Shown: piece by piece, positions 39,520 to 53,303 of the stretch | Layout: the number at the start of each line of letters is the position of its first letter | Position numbering within the stretch: the stretch's first letter is position 1 | NCBI GenBank assembly: GCA_903813345.2 | Contig: CAIIXF020000001.1 | Coordinates: forward strand, 47,988,001 to 48,052,000 | Source: Owenia fusiformis | Taxonomy: Eukaryota | DNA length: 64,000 nucleotides | Reading direction: 5' to 3' | Notes under the pieces: generated by a model | The model's input: only the letters and a program-made list of their open reading frames with translations | Told to the model about the DNA's origin: nothing | The model's database searches: none | Position numbers and translations under genes: made by a program

Positions 39520-40918
39520 TACAACTACGCTTGTTACACATAAGAAGGAGTATACAGGTATGCCATGGTCCATGCTTGGTATAGCTACGTCTGCTACGGG
39601 TATTTTATTGAAAATAAGCCCAGTATAGTATGGTATGTTGACTACGCCAACTACACCAAAACATGAGTCTATAGGTATGCATACACACTGTAGGGCCCAC
39701 CCTAGGTGTACCTACTTCTGCTACGGGTATTTTATTGAAAATAACCAGATCATAGTATGTTGACTACGCAAACTACGCTTGCTACACCAAAACAAGCATA
39801 CACCCTGTAGGGTCCAGACTAGGTATAACTACGTCTGCTACGGGTATTTTTTGAACATAACCACATCATAGTATGTTGACAACGCCAACTACGCTTGCTA
39901 CACCAAAACATTGGTCTATAGGTATACATACACACTGTCATGCTCCACCCTAGGTATAGCTACGTCTGCTACGGGTATTTTATTGCAAATAACCACATGA
40001 TAGTATGTTGACTACGCCAACTACGCTTGCTACACCAAATCAGTGGTCTATAGGTATACATACACACTGTCATGGTCCACCCTAGGTATAGCTACGTCTG
40101 CTACGGGTATTTTATTGAAAATAACCACATGATAGTATGTTGACTACGCCAACTACGCTTGCTACACCAAAACATTGGTCTATAGGTATACATACACACT
40201 GGCATGGTCCACCCTAGGTATAGCTACGTCTGCTACGGGTATTTTATTCCAAATAACCACATAATAGTGTGTTGACTACGCCAACTACGCTTGCTACACC
40301 AAAACATTGGTCTATAGGTATACATACACACTCTCATGGTCCACCCTAGGTATAGCTACGTCTGCTACGGGTATTTTATTGAAAATAACCACATGATAGT
40401 ATGTTGACTACGCCAACTACGCTTGCTACACCAAAACATTGGTCTCTAGGTATACATACACACTGTCATGGTCCACCCTAGGTATAGCTACGTCTGCTAC
40501 GGGTATTTTATTGCAAATAACCACATGATAGTATGTTGACTACGCCAACTACGCTTGCTACACCAAAACAGGGGTCTATAGGTATGCATGCACACTGTAG
40601 GGCCCACCCTAGGTATGTCTACGTCTGCTAGTATGTTTACTACGCCAACTACGCTTGCTACATCAAAACATAAGTCTATAGGTATACATACACACTGTAG
40701 GGTCCACCCTAGGTACATCTGTACGTCTGCTACGGGTATTTTATTGAAAATAACCACACCATAGTATGTTTACTACGCCTACTACGCTTGCTACATCAAA
40801 ACATGAGTCTATAGGTATACATACACACCATAGGATCCACCGTATGTATATCTACGTCTGCTACGGGTATTTTATTGAACTAACTACATGATAGTATGTT
40901 GACTACGCCAACTACGGA
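39520..40918 (-). repeat. 132-bp satellite array, about 11 units, inverted relative to 36399-38820
   Basis: CTACGCCAACTACGCTTGCTACAC repeats at 132-bp spacing (about 39880-40560) and is the reverse complement of the left-array unit. Confidence 0.97.
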
Positions 40919-41059
40919 TAATGCACTCGTCAATTACATTTCAAATTTCCCGTGTGGGTGATACGAATGATACACTTGTATTTGCATTTTTAAAATTCCC
41001 GTGTAGGTGAGCATGGCACAAGAACCCCAAACAGATGCCATCACGATATAGCGAAATAA

Positions 41060-41228
41060 TATTCGCCATATTTAGACGTTCTTAGAGAAGTGCCAAATCA
41101 GCGCATGCGCACTAAAAAATCGATCAAAAATAATAATTTCCATATTTCCACTAAAATCGACGTATACGTGGACAACAAAGCAAATGTATTGATATCAGGA
41201 TTTGGTTCGATCTATTGTATGGGTAAGT
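41060..41228 (+). promoter_or_regulatory. Putative LMBRD2 promoter and non-coding first exon
   Basis: Perfect NRF1-type palindrome GCGCATGCGC at 41101-41110, CGCCAT (YY1-like) near 41064, local CpG enrichment and a donor GG|GTAAGT at 41222/41223. The ATG-containing exon has an acceptor at 43035. Confidence 0.5.
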
Positions 41229-43054
41229 AATCTTCTATAATATATAAGTAGTCACCGAGTGACCAGTTAATGAGTAATCTACACTGTGAGTGTGACTGTT
41301 TTTTTACAATAACATGATAATTTTCTCACTTTTCTGGCTTTTCTGACAATAGACTAATTTCCTCGACAACGTTGGAGTATTTTAGCAGGTTTCTAAAATC
41401 GCCTCTCCCCAATAATTTTATCAATGTCTGGAGTCTTAGACAAGTAAACTCATCCCAATTTTGTTATTTTGGCCAGGGGGATGACACTATATGAGGACAC
41501 TGCCGAGGCAAGGGGAAGGGGTCGAACTCACCCCCTCCTCCCCAGCCCAAAACTTTTTTCTCTGACCTGAAATTTGGGCCGCCCGCTTGTTGGTTCCCAG
41601 ATCCGCCCCTGAACTCTTATAATGGTCAGTTATGGGAATCACTTCCCCCGTTTCCAACCTGTACAATATCCATTCCCGGTAAAAAGCGTCATAACGCACT
41701 AGACGAAAATGCGAATAATGGATAACTCTATCGTAAAAACGAACCTGACGGCAAATGAAAATTCCGGTCGATAATGTACGTGATTATGTTTTTTAGCCTA
41801 AATATTATCGTAAGTTTGATGATTTATAACAATAACATGATTGTTTTGAATGTAGGCCTACATTAAAAGCTTTTGGGATTCAATCAAAAGAAGGTAAGTC
41901 CCCTGCCAAGATCATTACATTGCCACGGAACAATTTCATTATTATTTTCTCGAACTAGATCTAGGGGGCAAAAACGATGATAATAAACATGAAAATAAGG
42001 TTTTTTAGTATTTTCCTTGATAGTTTACTGTGGATAAATCCTGAGTTGTCTTTATTTGAAGGGTCGATCTTCTTTTTGAAGAGCGCTTTGAAATACAAGT
42101 GGCGCCACCATGGCATCGTGGCGCAGGTGTTACAAGTCTCGCATAGAGTTTCCAATCCCTTTTATGTTAGTCTCAGGTTTTGATGATTGTGATATTTGTT
42201 CTATACACAGATGGCAGAATTATTCTTAGGATATACATAAAGTGGACAGTGGTGAACATAAATAATGACTAACACTATGAAAAAGACATTCTGTCACATA
42301 TGTCATAAATTCTTACCTCAGTGTCAATGTACAAATATGGTTGAATTTGTGTCCATAATGACAAATAGGAACTTAAAAATTTGAAATGATATTCACCTGT
42401 TAATGCACACTCTTCAAATGTTGAGGTAATTTTGGAGCCTGATTACGCTGCAAGGAGGATTGGCTCCCAGAATGCAACATGACACATGCCAGCTTTCAAA
42501 ATGCCTTTCCGCCATTTAGAAAACTGTCACAAGTAAATAAGGTTAACTGATGTTACACTGTACAGTAAAATTTTCAATGGTTGGAAGTACTTTGAATTTG
42601 AAAAATAAGCAAACAAATGACCATACAGGGAAACTCGCGTTGCTGTGGTAGTTAATAACTACCTGATTTTAAAGAAAAACTACTTATTAGTTTACCCAGT
42701 AGTTATTTTGGCCACCCACACTCTTAGATTGAGCCAAGTATTGCATGATTCGAAGCAATTTTTACCAATTTTGCAAAGGGTTGCTCAGTTACACTTGCAC
42801 TTTACATAGTTCAACTTATATGAGAATACACCTGGCCCTGTACATGTATAAATCAATTTTATCCTTCACTTGTTTTAAGGAAAGGGAGCAAAGAATGACA
42901 TCTCCTTAATCACTTCTTGCAAGCACAATTTCACTTCTTCTGAAAAAGTTAGCCATTTCTCAATATTTTGTGTCTTTAAGGACATTTCTGGCATATTTTG
43001 CACATATGAATGTACATGAACTATTTATTTTTCAGATGCAACATCACTATCAAG

Positions 43055-46000
43055 ATGACAGTGGCCCCCTTGACTGTAGAAATAGCTGTCGTCTGTGTGG
43101 CATCGGCTTTCCTACTACATCGATATGGCAACTGGCGTAAACAGCACTTTTTGGTGACATTGGGGACTTTTATAGCGTGGTATTTCTCGTTTATGATCAT
43201 ATTCATTCTGCCACTGGATGTCTCTTCAGTAAGTCATTTATGTTAGAAGTTATTTATGCCAGTAAATCAAGTAACATGCAGAAATGACATACTTTCAATA
43301 ACTCAGCATATTCTGTACCCCATGTACACGAAAAGTCATTGTTCTATGATATAAGGCATAATGCTATTCTAATTGGTGTACATACTTATTTTACAATTGT
43401 TAAATATATGTATCCCATATTTGATTATATATTGCCACTCTGAGAATCATTGATTTGATATTGGTTGTTAAACCCCATACAATTTCAGCAAATGTTGATA
43501 GGTTGGATGAATAGGTCATTTTTATTTCCGTCTACATTTTTAGACCTGTTATAGACAGTGTTTGCGGGATCGGAATGTTTTCCCTAGATCTTCAACTCCT
43601 ACTCCGATATCAAATATAACCATCACCCCTGCCACAAATGGAACGACCCACAATGGTACAACTCCCAGTACAGTCAGTACGACCAACTCAAGCTCAGCAT
43701 TGCAAGGTATAGGGGAGGAAGGACCATTAGATTGTGAAAAGCCTTGGAGTTTTGTGCCATTTTATGTGCTACAGGGCCTATGGAGGGTAGTCTACTGGAC
43801 CTCTCAAATACTCACTTGGTAAGCAAGTGTTCATTTCAAAAGTTTCATACTTTTCTTCAATATCAAATATATTTATTTATTTCAATTTCAATTTATTATC
43901 TATACATATCAGACAAAAATACATCAATGATGAAGGGAGCGAGATACTCAATTTTACAATCTACAAGTAATCAATTTTGTTAACTGCTAAACCATCCACT
44001 CACATTGTGATCAAAACAGACTTCTGCGCCTGAATATCCACATTCATTGGTAAAAAAGATGCACTTTAAATTAATTTTTGCACTTTTACTGCCTTTACTT
44101 TACCACCCTTCAACTGTCTTAAATTGATTATGTGAAGAATTAGTGTGAGACTCAAAGGCATTGCAGCTGGTACACGTATAGCAAGATGTTCCTTTGAAGC
44201 AGTATTTACTCCACTCATGTGTCTCTAGCTCTGTATATAGGGATCAATATTCATATACAATATTACATTTATACACTGGATATCCATTCATCACTAATTT
44301 AAAGAGAACTTCCCATTCTGATACTCATCACATCTTCCTGTTTTTAAACTAGTTAGGTCAGGCCCGTAGCCAGAAATTTCCAAGGGGGGTTCACTTTTCC
44401 AAAGAATTCTAGGGGGGTTCACTTTGGCAAATTTGGCCAAAAATCACTCAAAAAATAGTCAGAATGGTGAAAAACTGCATGATTTTGAAAGAAATTTTGG
44501 CCAGGGGGGGGTTCGCCACACATGCAACACAAATAGTATTATTAGATACAACTTTACATGTATTCTTTTAAATAATACAATACATATATTTTCTTGAAAC
44601 TATTTTATAGGTTAATACTACCAATGATGCAGTCTTATTCAACTGCGGGAGATTTCACTGTAGCTGGAAAAATCAAGACTGCCCTTATAGAGAACGCCAT
44701 CTATTATGGGACCTATTTGGTCATATTTATTGTTTGCCTCATATATGTAGCAGTAAAACCAGATCTGCATTTTAGTGGGTGAGTATTTAGTTTTCCTTTG
44801 GAATATGTAGGATATTTTTGATTTGGGTCTCATATCTCAGGGATGTTCATCCATTCCATAGCTACTAGGTTCTAAAGGTACATAATGTTTGACTAGATAC
44901 ATGGCCGTAATTTAGTAGTTCTTACTATAAAAATATACACCTTCCTATATTTGGAGCAACTGAAAAGATGGAGCATCATCCTTTTCTCTCTTCCTATGCA
45001 GTTTTAAGACATTCTTGAGCTTGATATGCACCAATTATGTCAAATTACCTACATGAATGGTTATAATTTTGACACCAGCTTGGAAGATGGGTATCAGTCT
45101 TTAATTTAGCTGCCTTCTCTCATTTTTTTTACCTTTTGTGTTATTTTCCAGAGAACAGATTAAAGTTATAGGGATCACAGCAAGTAACACTTGGGGTCTT
45201 TTCCTGGTGGTTCTGATGTTGGGTTATGGGCTGGTGGAAGTCCCTAGAACCATATGGAATAACTCCAAACAGGGCTACATGCTAAAACAGATACAATTCA
45301 AACTAGCTAAGTTGAGTACAGAGAAATCAGAGGCTGAGGAAAACCTAGAAGATTGTCTTGAGGTGGGTTTAAATCCTAATTTCTCCTATTTCAGTCAAAC
45401 TGTCTCATAATTCATATTTTTGACAGGCCGGGTGCAAAATTTATATTTTCAACAGGGCAAAGCACCCATTTGCAGTAATGCTAGGGAGTCCACTGTATAG
45501 GGTGTCAAATAAATATGTTCTCCCCTTCATTTGAAAAGTATGAACTTTGGTGCATAAAAGTGCATCTAGTTGAGCTAGTCATCTGACACTACTTGTGGAG
45601 TTGCTCCATGAATCCTAGTTTTAATGTGATAAAGAGCAATTTAGATATCAAGCAGACAAAAAAGTAATGCAACATTATGTGGATATTAAAGCTAAAGGGG
45701 AGAACATATTTATTTGACACCCTTTACTATTTGAGATTGTTCAGCAGTCAGCACATAAAATCATTGTGTTGGAGAATATATTAATATTTTAGAAATAAGG
45801 ATAAGTATGTGATCTTCACATGAATAACTTTCACATATATATTTTGTTAACATCATTTGTTACAATAACATCATTTCTAACAATATTCTGAATTCTTGGA
45901 GTTACTTATATGCATTTTTTACAGTTCAAATATAGAGTTTTCCCTCTGTTTTGTATTGGTCGTATTGATAAATTATAACTAATTCTAACAATTATGTAAA

Positions 46001-49000
46001 TAGTATATTATGTAAAGCTTAATTTTATGTGATTGGGAATGTAATGGTGTATTCAAAATGTTTTAGGATGTAAAGAAAGCATCAGAAACCATAAGGTACA
46101 ACCATCCTCTCAGGAAGTGTGTTGACACAATTTTGCTCAAGGTACAGTCTTTTAGCTCTTTCATATATTATATCATTAAAGATGCTCTTCAGAGGTGCAT
46201 CCCTGTTGTATTCTTAGCTATGAATATTCGTAAGTCTATTTTTGTTACCATGTTAATCATGATGTCATAGATAGAGAACAACTTTTGAATTCATAGATTT
46301 AAGAATACTTACAAAAATGTTGCATGTTACAGAATAGGATTTTATTGTGCACATAAGGAGTGATGCCAGTTGACCTCCATTTTTCAGAGCAGCTTAATAT
46401 TTCTGAGCCTGTCTCAAGTCATTTCATCCTGCTTCAGATTTTACCTTTACTATTTACTTTTGAGGGTCGCCTTGAACTTATGATGCCTTTTTTCTAATTT
46501 CAGTGTCCTGAAAATTTACAAAACCAGGTGTCTCGAAATCGTGATGATTTCCAGGATTTTAATAACCCTACTGAGACACCAACAGAGAAGTCTCTTGTCC
46601 GCCTTCACAAAAATGTCATAAAAACGTCACAGACACACAGACGCACACAGACTCAATGGGTCACAGCCATGGAAAAGGTGAGATTCAAATATAAAATGTT
46701 CATATTCATGTAGAATGTAGATAAAAAGTGGACTGTGACAGTATGACCTGTCAAACCTAAGCACCATTGGGACCAGAGTATTTAGAATGCAAGTGTTCAT
46801 ATTTCACTGTTTCTTTAATTTGGCTGCATGGTGTGTTAAAGTTTCCTTTTAAATATCCTGGAGTGCATTTTCCTTATAAAACAAGGTGTAGATAATCAAT
46901 GACCTTCTCTTCTCATGGTATTTTGAAATCCTAATCAGCATTTTGTAATTATGCATAGAGCCATTTGTATTTTTTGCAGGCAGTAGAGCTAGAAGATATA
47001 GCAGCCAATGAGATCAGTCCAGACAGAAAGTTCAGGAGATCATTTGGTAAATACGAGGGGCCATGTGGATGTTGCTACAGCCAAACACTAGGTGAGACTC
47101 CTTTAATCCCCCTTTAAGTTTGCATCTTCTTCATTTTTATGCTTTCCTGAAATATGAATACATTGAAAGCTGTTAATTGGAACAACTCTAGAAGTGAAAC
47201 ACCTATGTCAGTGGAACAATTTTCAGTGTCCTAAGACTAACTGATCTAAGTGGAACACCTCCCGAGTGGAACACTTTTTCGAGATACCAAAGGTGTTCCA
47301 CTTAAACAGGTTTAGCTGTACAGTGTACATGTATATGGAATGTTCATTCATTTCTATTATTTACCTTGAAGCCCATAGGCTGGATGTAATTACTACCCAC
47401 TGGCTAGGAAAGATAACTTTATATTTCTGTTGCAGATAAGATCTTAATAAATGACCCCAAAAATAGCTGTCATTGCTTTTCATGGGAGTTTGAATCTGAA
47501 TGCCAGCTACTTATAAGAAAAATAATGAACCATTCAGTTTGTACATGGAATTTCCTGTGTACCTAGCTTAGAATTACATTATGTAAACATTTGGGGTCAT
47601 TTTCATGAGGCCATTGTTGTATCATGTATTGTATAGCAGAATATACAGCTGATTAAAACACATAGAATTTTTACTCACGCTCCCAAACATATACAAATTC
47701 AAGATGTCTATTTTAATCTGTTTTCAGAGTTGTTAATTCTATTCCACTTATTTTTTTCAGAATGGTACTGGAAGTGTATACTGAAGGCGTGGGTATTGAA
47801 GGCTGTTGCTATTGTCCTGTGTATTTTCACTGCAATGGTTGTCTGGTGTGAGGTGACTTTCTTCAGCAAGAGCCCAGTTCTTTCCTTGTTTGCAATATTT
47901 ATACAGCTAGCCAAAAGAAACTATGACTATTTTTACATTGAGGTTAGTACTGGTTTCCATGTTACAACCACAAGTGGTGATATTGTTATAGTCTCCAACT
48001 TTTTTATGGACGATGTTCACCAGTCAGCGTTTGGCGGTGGATGTTCGGCATCTGTATCAAATGGCTGTGGTGACATTTTTCAGCTCAATGCTTTGTACTT
48101 ATATGATATTATCTTGACTTGTTTGCCTAATCACATTACATGGACCTTCCTCATGCCCATGCTTAAAAGTAGTGTAATTTCCCTGGGGCTTACAACTGGC
48201 ATATTATAGCTATTAAAATTGGCAATAGTTGGAGAGTAATGTTGTGTTCCTTTGAAATATTTTTATTAGGTAATTGGAGTGGGTATAAATTCCAGAATTT
48301 ACAAGTCATATGAAGCTCAATATTTCATAGGAGACTCATTCTTTCATATGTACCCCCATAAATGTCTGGTTGATTTTTCAAATCACCCCACAAGTATTTA
48401 TGCATTGAAATCTTTCGGTTGAAAATAAGCTGGATTTCAATACACAAGTAGTTATGGGACATTTATTGGGGTATTCATATGGGACTCACTTTTTCATGGG
48501 ACTCATTCTTGCTTCCCTTGGTATCATAGATACAACAACAAAGTTTTGATATTTGTTTCAGCTTGCCTCGTGTATGATAATCTCCTATCTGTGTGTATGT
48601 ACATACTATACAGTATTCAAGGTCCGTGTATTTAACTACTATTACCTTGCTTCCCATCACCAGACTGATGAGTACAGCTTACTCTTTAGTGGCATGTAAG
48701 TAGAGAGTAAACATAGTGTTTAAGATTGTTTGAAGTTTTACAACAAATTATGTGTGTCATCTAGATTGTTAAATGGAAGAAGTAAAGATTGTGAAAATCA
48801 ATTTTCAGAGTTCCCAGCTTTATTAAAAATACGATACAACACTACCAAGACTTTATTTGTCATTGGACACCCTTCTGTACTCAATCTATATCAGTTGAAT
48901 AAACCAAACCCAAAAACATTTAATTTTGTATTTTCTATTATAAAATAAGTACAAGAATACCCCATGTAAAATTTACCCTGGTGTTATATGTTCATAGGTT

Positions 49001-50732
49001 TTTGATATTTCAGGTTGCTATGCCGTCTGACTCCCCCACTGTGCTTGAACTTTCTTGGTCTGATCCACTTGGATACACATGTTACCAAGGACATTGATAC
49101 AGTGGAGACACAATATACAAAAGTAATTAAAACTTTTATTTTTTCATATGTAATGTAGGTTCTTTTGTTAACCATTTGTAACCATATTTTGTGCTTTGCA
49201 ATCACATCCCTTACTTTCCTTGTGTTGTATTGTATTGCAAACCATTTGAAATATTCAATAATTCAGATTAATTCAGTTATGTGATAAAAAGTATTACCGC
49301 AAGTTATAGTTCAAAAGGAAAACGTACTGGCATTAGGCAGCCTATCATTTGAACTATTGCATTTCCTTTCAGATAATGGGCCATATGGATGTGATCTCCT
49401 TCATATCAAATGGTTTTAATATTTATTTCCCAATTGCGATTGTTGTGTTGTGTTTTGCAACATACTTCAGTCTTGGCACCAGGTGTCTCCACTTCCTAGG
49501 CTTCCAGCAGTTTATCGGGGATGATGACATGACGCAGGACCTCACTGATGAGGGGAAAGAACTCATTAAACGAGGTATCTTATCATTTATTCCATTGTTA
49601 TTTGTTATAAATTAAGAACTTTATTTTTCAGGGACATACTCGTAAAACATGACAAGCAATATAATTTATCTCATATAATTTTTTGATTCAGGATGAATTT
49701 ACTTCAAAATGTTTAAATTAGATTAAAATTTTTGTTTGAATCAATAATCAGACCTGTTTCTACATAGCCATATGTACATACATGTAAACTATGGAATGAA
49801 GTATACCACAATGTTGAAATACATGTCCCTTTTTCAGAGAGGCGAAAAATACAGCGTTCTTTAGATCGTGAAGCGCGCACGAAGATGTGGAACGAGACCG
49901 TAGGGGGTGAAGGGGGCCCCAGGGGTAAAGATAGTGACAGTGATAACTCACGGAGTAGAGGAACCAGGGAGAGACCAAGTGAGTAGAGTCCCATAGTTGA
50001 CAGATTCTTGTTAATTAGCATAAACAATGTGTATCACTTATTTTTGATGTAGAAGTGTTCCAAGCATACAATAACCAATTTTCTATTTTATTAGATGTAT
50101 GAAAAGATGTTCTCACTTCCCACATTATGTAAGGAACTACTTTGTACGATGCAGCAAATAAACCCGATGATTACAGTCAAACCTTTATATCCAAAATTGA
50201 AGTCAAACACCTCTCAATGTGAACACTTTTCCAGTCCAATTATCTGTTATTAAAAATAATTTGAATACTTGTAAATCCCACTGGCTAAAAATTCTTCCTA
50301 TTCCATTCAGCATGAAAATTGAAAGTTAATCGCATTATTTGTTTTTCTTATTAAATCAGTTAGTCCATAGAGCCAGTATAGCAATTTGTAAACCTTATAT
50401 ACGTTCAAATAATGAATGAATTGAACATTTATAAATAGCACAACTCTGAATATACAAGTGTGAAGATCATTTATCCATAAGAAATTAATATTGTTAAATG
50501 TGTCATTCCAGGTACATACAAACCTGCCAAAAGTCCAGATGAAAATGACCGGACAGGTTTACTAAAGCAGGCTGAGCCTGTGGACTATAACACTGAAACA
50601 GTGACAGATTATACCCAGGACTATGGGGAAGATCTCTCACTAAATCAACAGCCTTCAGGGTACCAGAATTCTAGAACTTCAAGATATCAACCACAAAATA
50701 GGCCAGTGAAAGGGATATTTGATGATGTATGA
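43055..50732 (+). CDS. LMBRD2: LMBR1 domain-containing protein 2 (725 aa, 13 coding exons)
   Basis: Exons 43055-43228, 43544-43818, 44611-44778, 45152-45362, 46067-46141, 46504-46677, 46980-47091, 47761-47942, 48562-48695, 49014-49122, 49373-49574, 49838-49978 and 50512-50732. Motifs: [40 protein letters not shown]...[20 protein letters not shown] and C-terminal IFDDV. Confidence 0.95.
44359..44515 (+). mobile_element. hAT-like MITE, copy 2 (right end truncated)
   Basis: Starts CAGGCCCGTAGCCAG and shares CAGAATGGTGAAAAACTGCATGATTTTGAAAGAA with the copy at 57415. Confidence 0.65.
45498..45724. mobile_element. Tc1/mariner-type MITE
   Basis: TIRs AGGGTGTCAAATAAATATGTTCTCCCC / GGGGAGAACATATTTATTTGACACCCT with TA flanks. 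Confidence 0.8.
47161..47318. mobile_element. pogo/Tigger-like MITE
   Basis: Repeated AGTGGAACAC motifs, ending CAGGTTTAGCTG|TA. Related copy at 53138-53303. Confidence 0.55.
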
Positions 50733-51933
50733 ATACCTGCCAATCATTTGCCAATGAGATCACATTTCCAGACATGAAATATTAGTAAAGTGTGAGAAAT
50801 TAATGATGTTGATGGATGAGCAGTTTGGCCAAGAAATTCCGAGAATCCAACCTTTGTTTCCTATTTTAGAGAGGGCTTGTAATTATGTAGATGTATAGAC
50901 AAGTGGTAAAATTGAAATGTGCAGTACTACAGTACTTGAGTTATTGAGATGGTCAGTCCACAGGCCTGGATAGTTGTATGTTGCATGTATTTATTTAATA
51001 TTTTTATTTCAAATCTTATGTATACTATATACAACAAATGTACTATGTACAATAAATAGTTACCTCTCAAATTGAGGGAGCAGTTATCCTCATTCCAATG
51101 AGTAATCTCATGGGCCAGAAATGTTGGTCCCTGGTATTTAGAAGGATTTTAGTGGTCCATTAACAGCAATTGATCAACATGCAAGGCAAATTTAACAGGT
51201 AGAAAAATAGACTACTAGTCAAATCTAAACCATATAGGATTAAATATTTCAGTTCCAGTTCTCATGGCTCGTGATATATTTGGGATCATAAGATCAAAAG
51301 AATAACAAAATGTTTAATATTGAAATGTCAAATGTACATAAAGAAATGTACAATGTAAAGAATTCCATTAATTTATTCAGAGATAAAGATCTGTTAAACC
51401 AAGAACTAATAAATACTGTTGGTTATACCAGGGGTATAATCTAATTATTATACTTATACAAATGATATAAAACAATATGTATTATATAAAGGGTGTACAA
51501 TAAATACTGGAGTTATACCAAGGGTGTTCAATAAATACTGTAGATATATCATGGTTGTATATTTAATACCCTAGTTATTACAAGGATCCTATTCAGTCAT
51601 TAATACCCACTCAAAGTCTTTTCTGCAGTGCACCATGTTATATGGTATGCTACCTCCTCTGGGGTTGCTGTATATACTGTTTCTCACAACTTAACTCTAC
51701 TTAGCTTAGTTTCTAACATGATTTGAGGGCTGAAGAAGAGAGTTCAATGTAACATATTAACTTATCTGTCTGGTAAATCAAGTTTAGGAATCAATTTTAC
51801 GAAAGGAGGTTTGCAATGTAACTTGCTCCCTTACCAGATGGCATCATAGGTTCTTTTAGTTGGTTTACTGGGAAAACAAATTATTATGTGCTATGAGTGA
51901 TTCAATATAGAATGGTTGTATGTTCTGCTTAAT

Positions 51934-52463
51934 CACTGTGGAGAAACTCTTCAAAATGTTATGTAAACGGATCCGTTTATGTAACAAAATGTCGCACCTA
52001 CTAAGGTTTGATTTTAATTTTTCCATGATTACTCAAGATGTAGGTAGAATGTCCACGACATTTTGGGCAAAAATGTGTGGCAGCAACATATGTTTCAGAA
52101 AATCTAAACGTTTTCGGTCAAATAATTCATGAGATGTCATAATCACTGAATATACTTCTCCACTTAAACGAAAACAGAACATTGAAAACGGTTAAACATC
52201 TGCACTTTTAACTGTTCTGTTTTCGTAATAATAGTGAGGAATAATTATGATCATTTTGATGCCTCGTGAACTATCCATTCACAAATTATTCAATTTTCAT
52301 AAAAATATGATGCTTGCGCATGTTTGTACCAAAAAGGTTGTGACGATTTTGCAGACAACTTGTGAAATCTTGAAATAAGAAAAATTGTAAATTCAAGGCT
52401 GCGACATTTTTTTATGTAAACGGATCTATTTCTGTAACTAGTTTGAAGAGCTCCTCCACAATG
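51934..52463. mobile_element. 530-bp Transib-like palindromic MITE, 5-bp TSD TTAAT
   Basis: TTAAT|CACTGTGGAGAAACTCTTCAAA ... TTTGAAGAGCTCCTCCACAATG|TTAAT, with degenerate inner arm pairing. Confidence 0.75.
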
Positions 52464-53137
52464 TTAATGTTAATGCTAATGTTGTCATGATTTATCTTAA
52501 ATGTTTTAGTTTAAATATCTCTGTCAAGCTTCAGAATCCTTCTCAAGCAAGAATTGGTTTAATACAGGATTATTGAATAACATGTCTCCCTTGCTTTTAG
52601 GAATTGAATTTCATATAAATTATTTATTTCATATATATTATTCTGTACAATATGTACTAAAATATATAGTTAGTCCAGCCTATGTATTAAGACTGACAGA
52701 AATGTATATGTGAACATTAAGGACATCACCTTAGTGTAAGTTAGCATCGGAAATACCAGCTATCTGTAACATATTGTTACACTTTTCTAACCATTTGTTT
52801 GTAGTAACATTTAATCTTAAAATGCCCTGTTTAAAAAAGCAAATTACACGTCATACAAGACCACATTGTAATTGTTTGAGCCTTTGCCTGACTTGACCAG
52901 TTTAATACAAGAGATGTATTCTTATATGATATTCTCTGTTCTTAAATGGAAATCCCAATTGTATCGCATACATGGGAGGAGAGATGAGAAGGTTGTTGGA
53001 GAACAATGTTACTTGTGTTTAGTAACCTAGCCTCAGCTGTTGCCATTCAACCATTTTTCACTCATAAAAGTTTCAATTACCCCTCCCCCTTACAAAATTA
53101 GCTTTGTTCTTCCACATTCCATCCCTAAGATTCATTA

Positions 53138-53303
53138 CAGTAAAACAGTGTCTTAGTGGATTACCTAAAGAGTGGTACCTCTAAAAGGTGTTCCACTTGC
53201 TATTCCACTTGTGAGGTGTTCCACTTACATAGGTTCATAACATCAAGTCATTTGGTTTTGGGACTCTGACTTACAGAGCTGTTCCACTTCACATGTTTCA
53301 CTG
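53138..53303. mobile_element. pogo/Tigger-like MITE
   Basis: TA|CAGTAAAAC ... GTTTCACTG|TA with internal GTGTTCCACTT repeats. Confidence 0.6.

Noticed and set aside
36399..40918. CRISPR array or coding repeat interpretation of the 132-bp arrays
   Set aside because: Whole units repeat with no unique spacers, there are no cas genes and the context is eukaryotic. The unit length is divisible by 3, but the ORF track shows no long ORF over the homogeneous units.
51405..51580. Degenerate ~30-bp AATAAATACTG repeats
   Set aside because: Ordinary low-complexity minisatellite. It may supply polyA signals but this cannot be supported.
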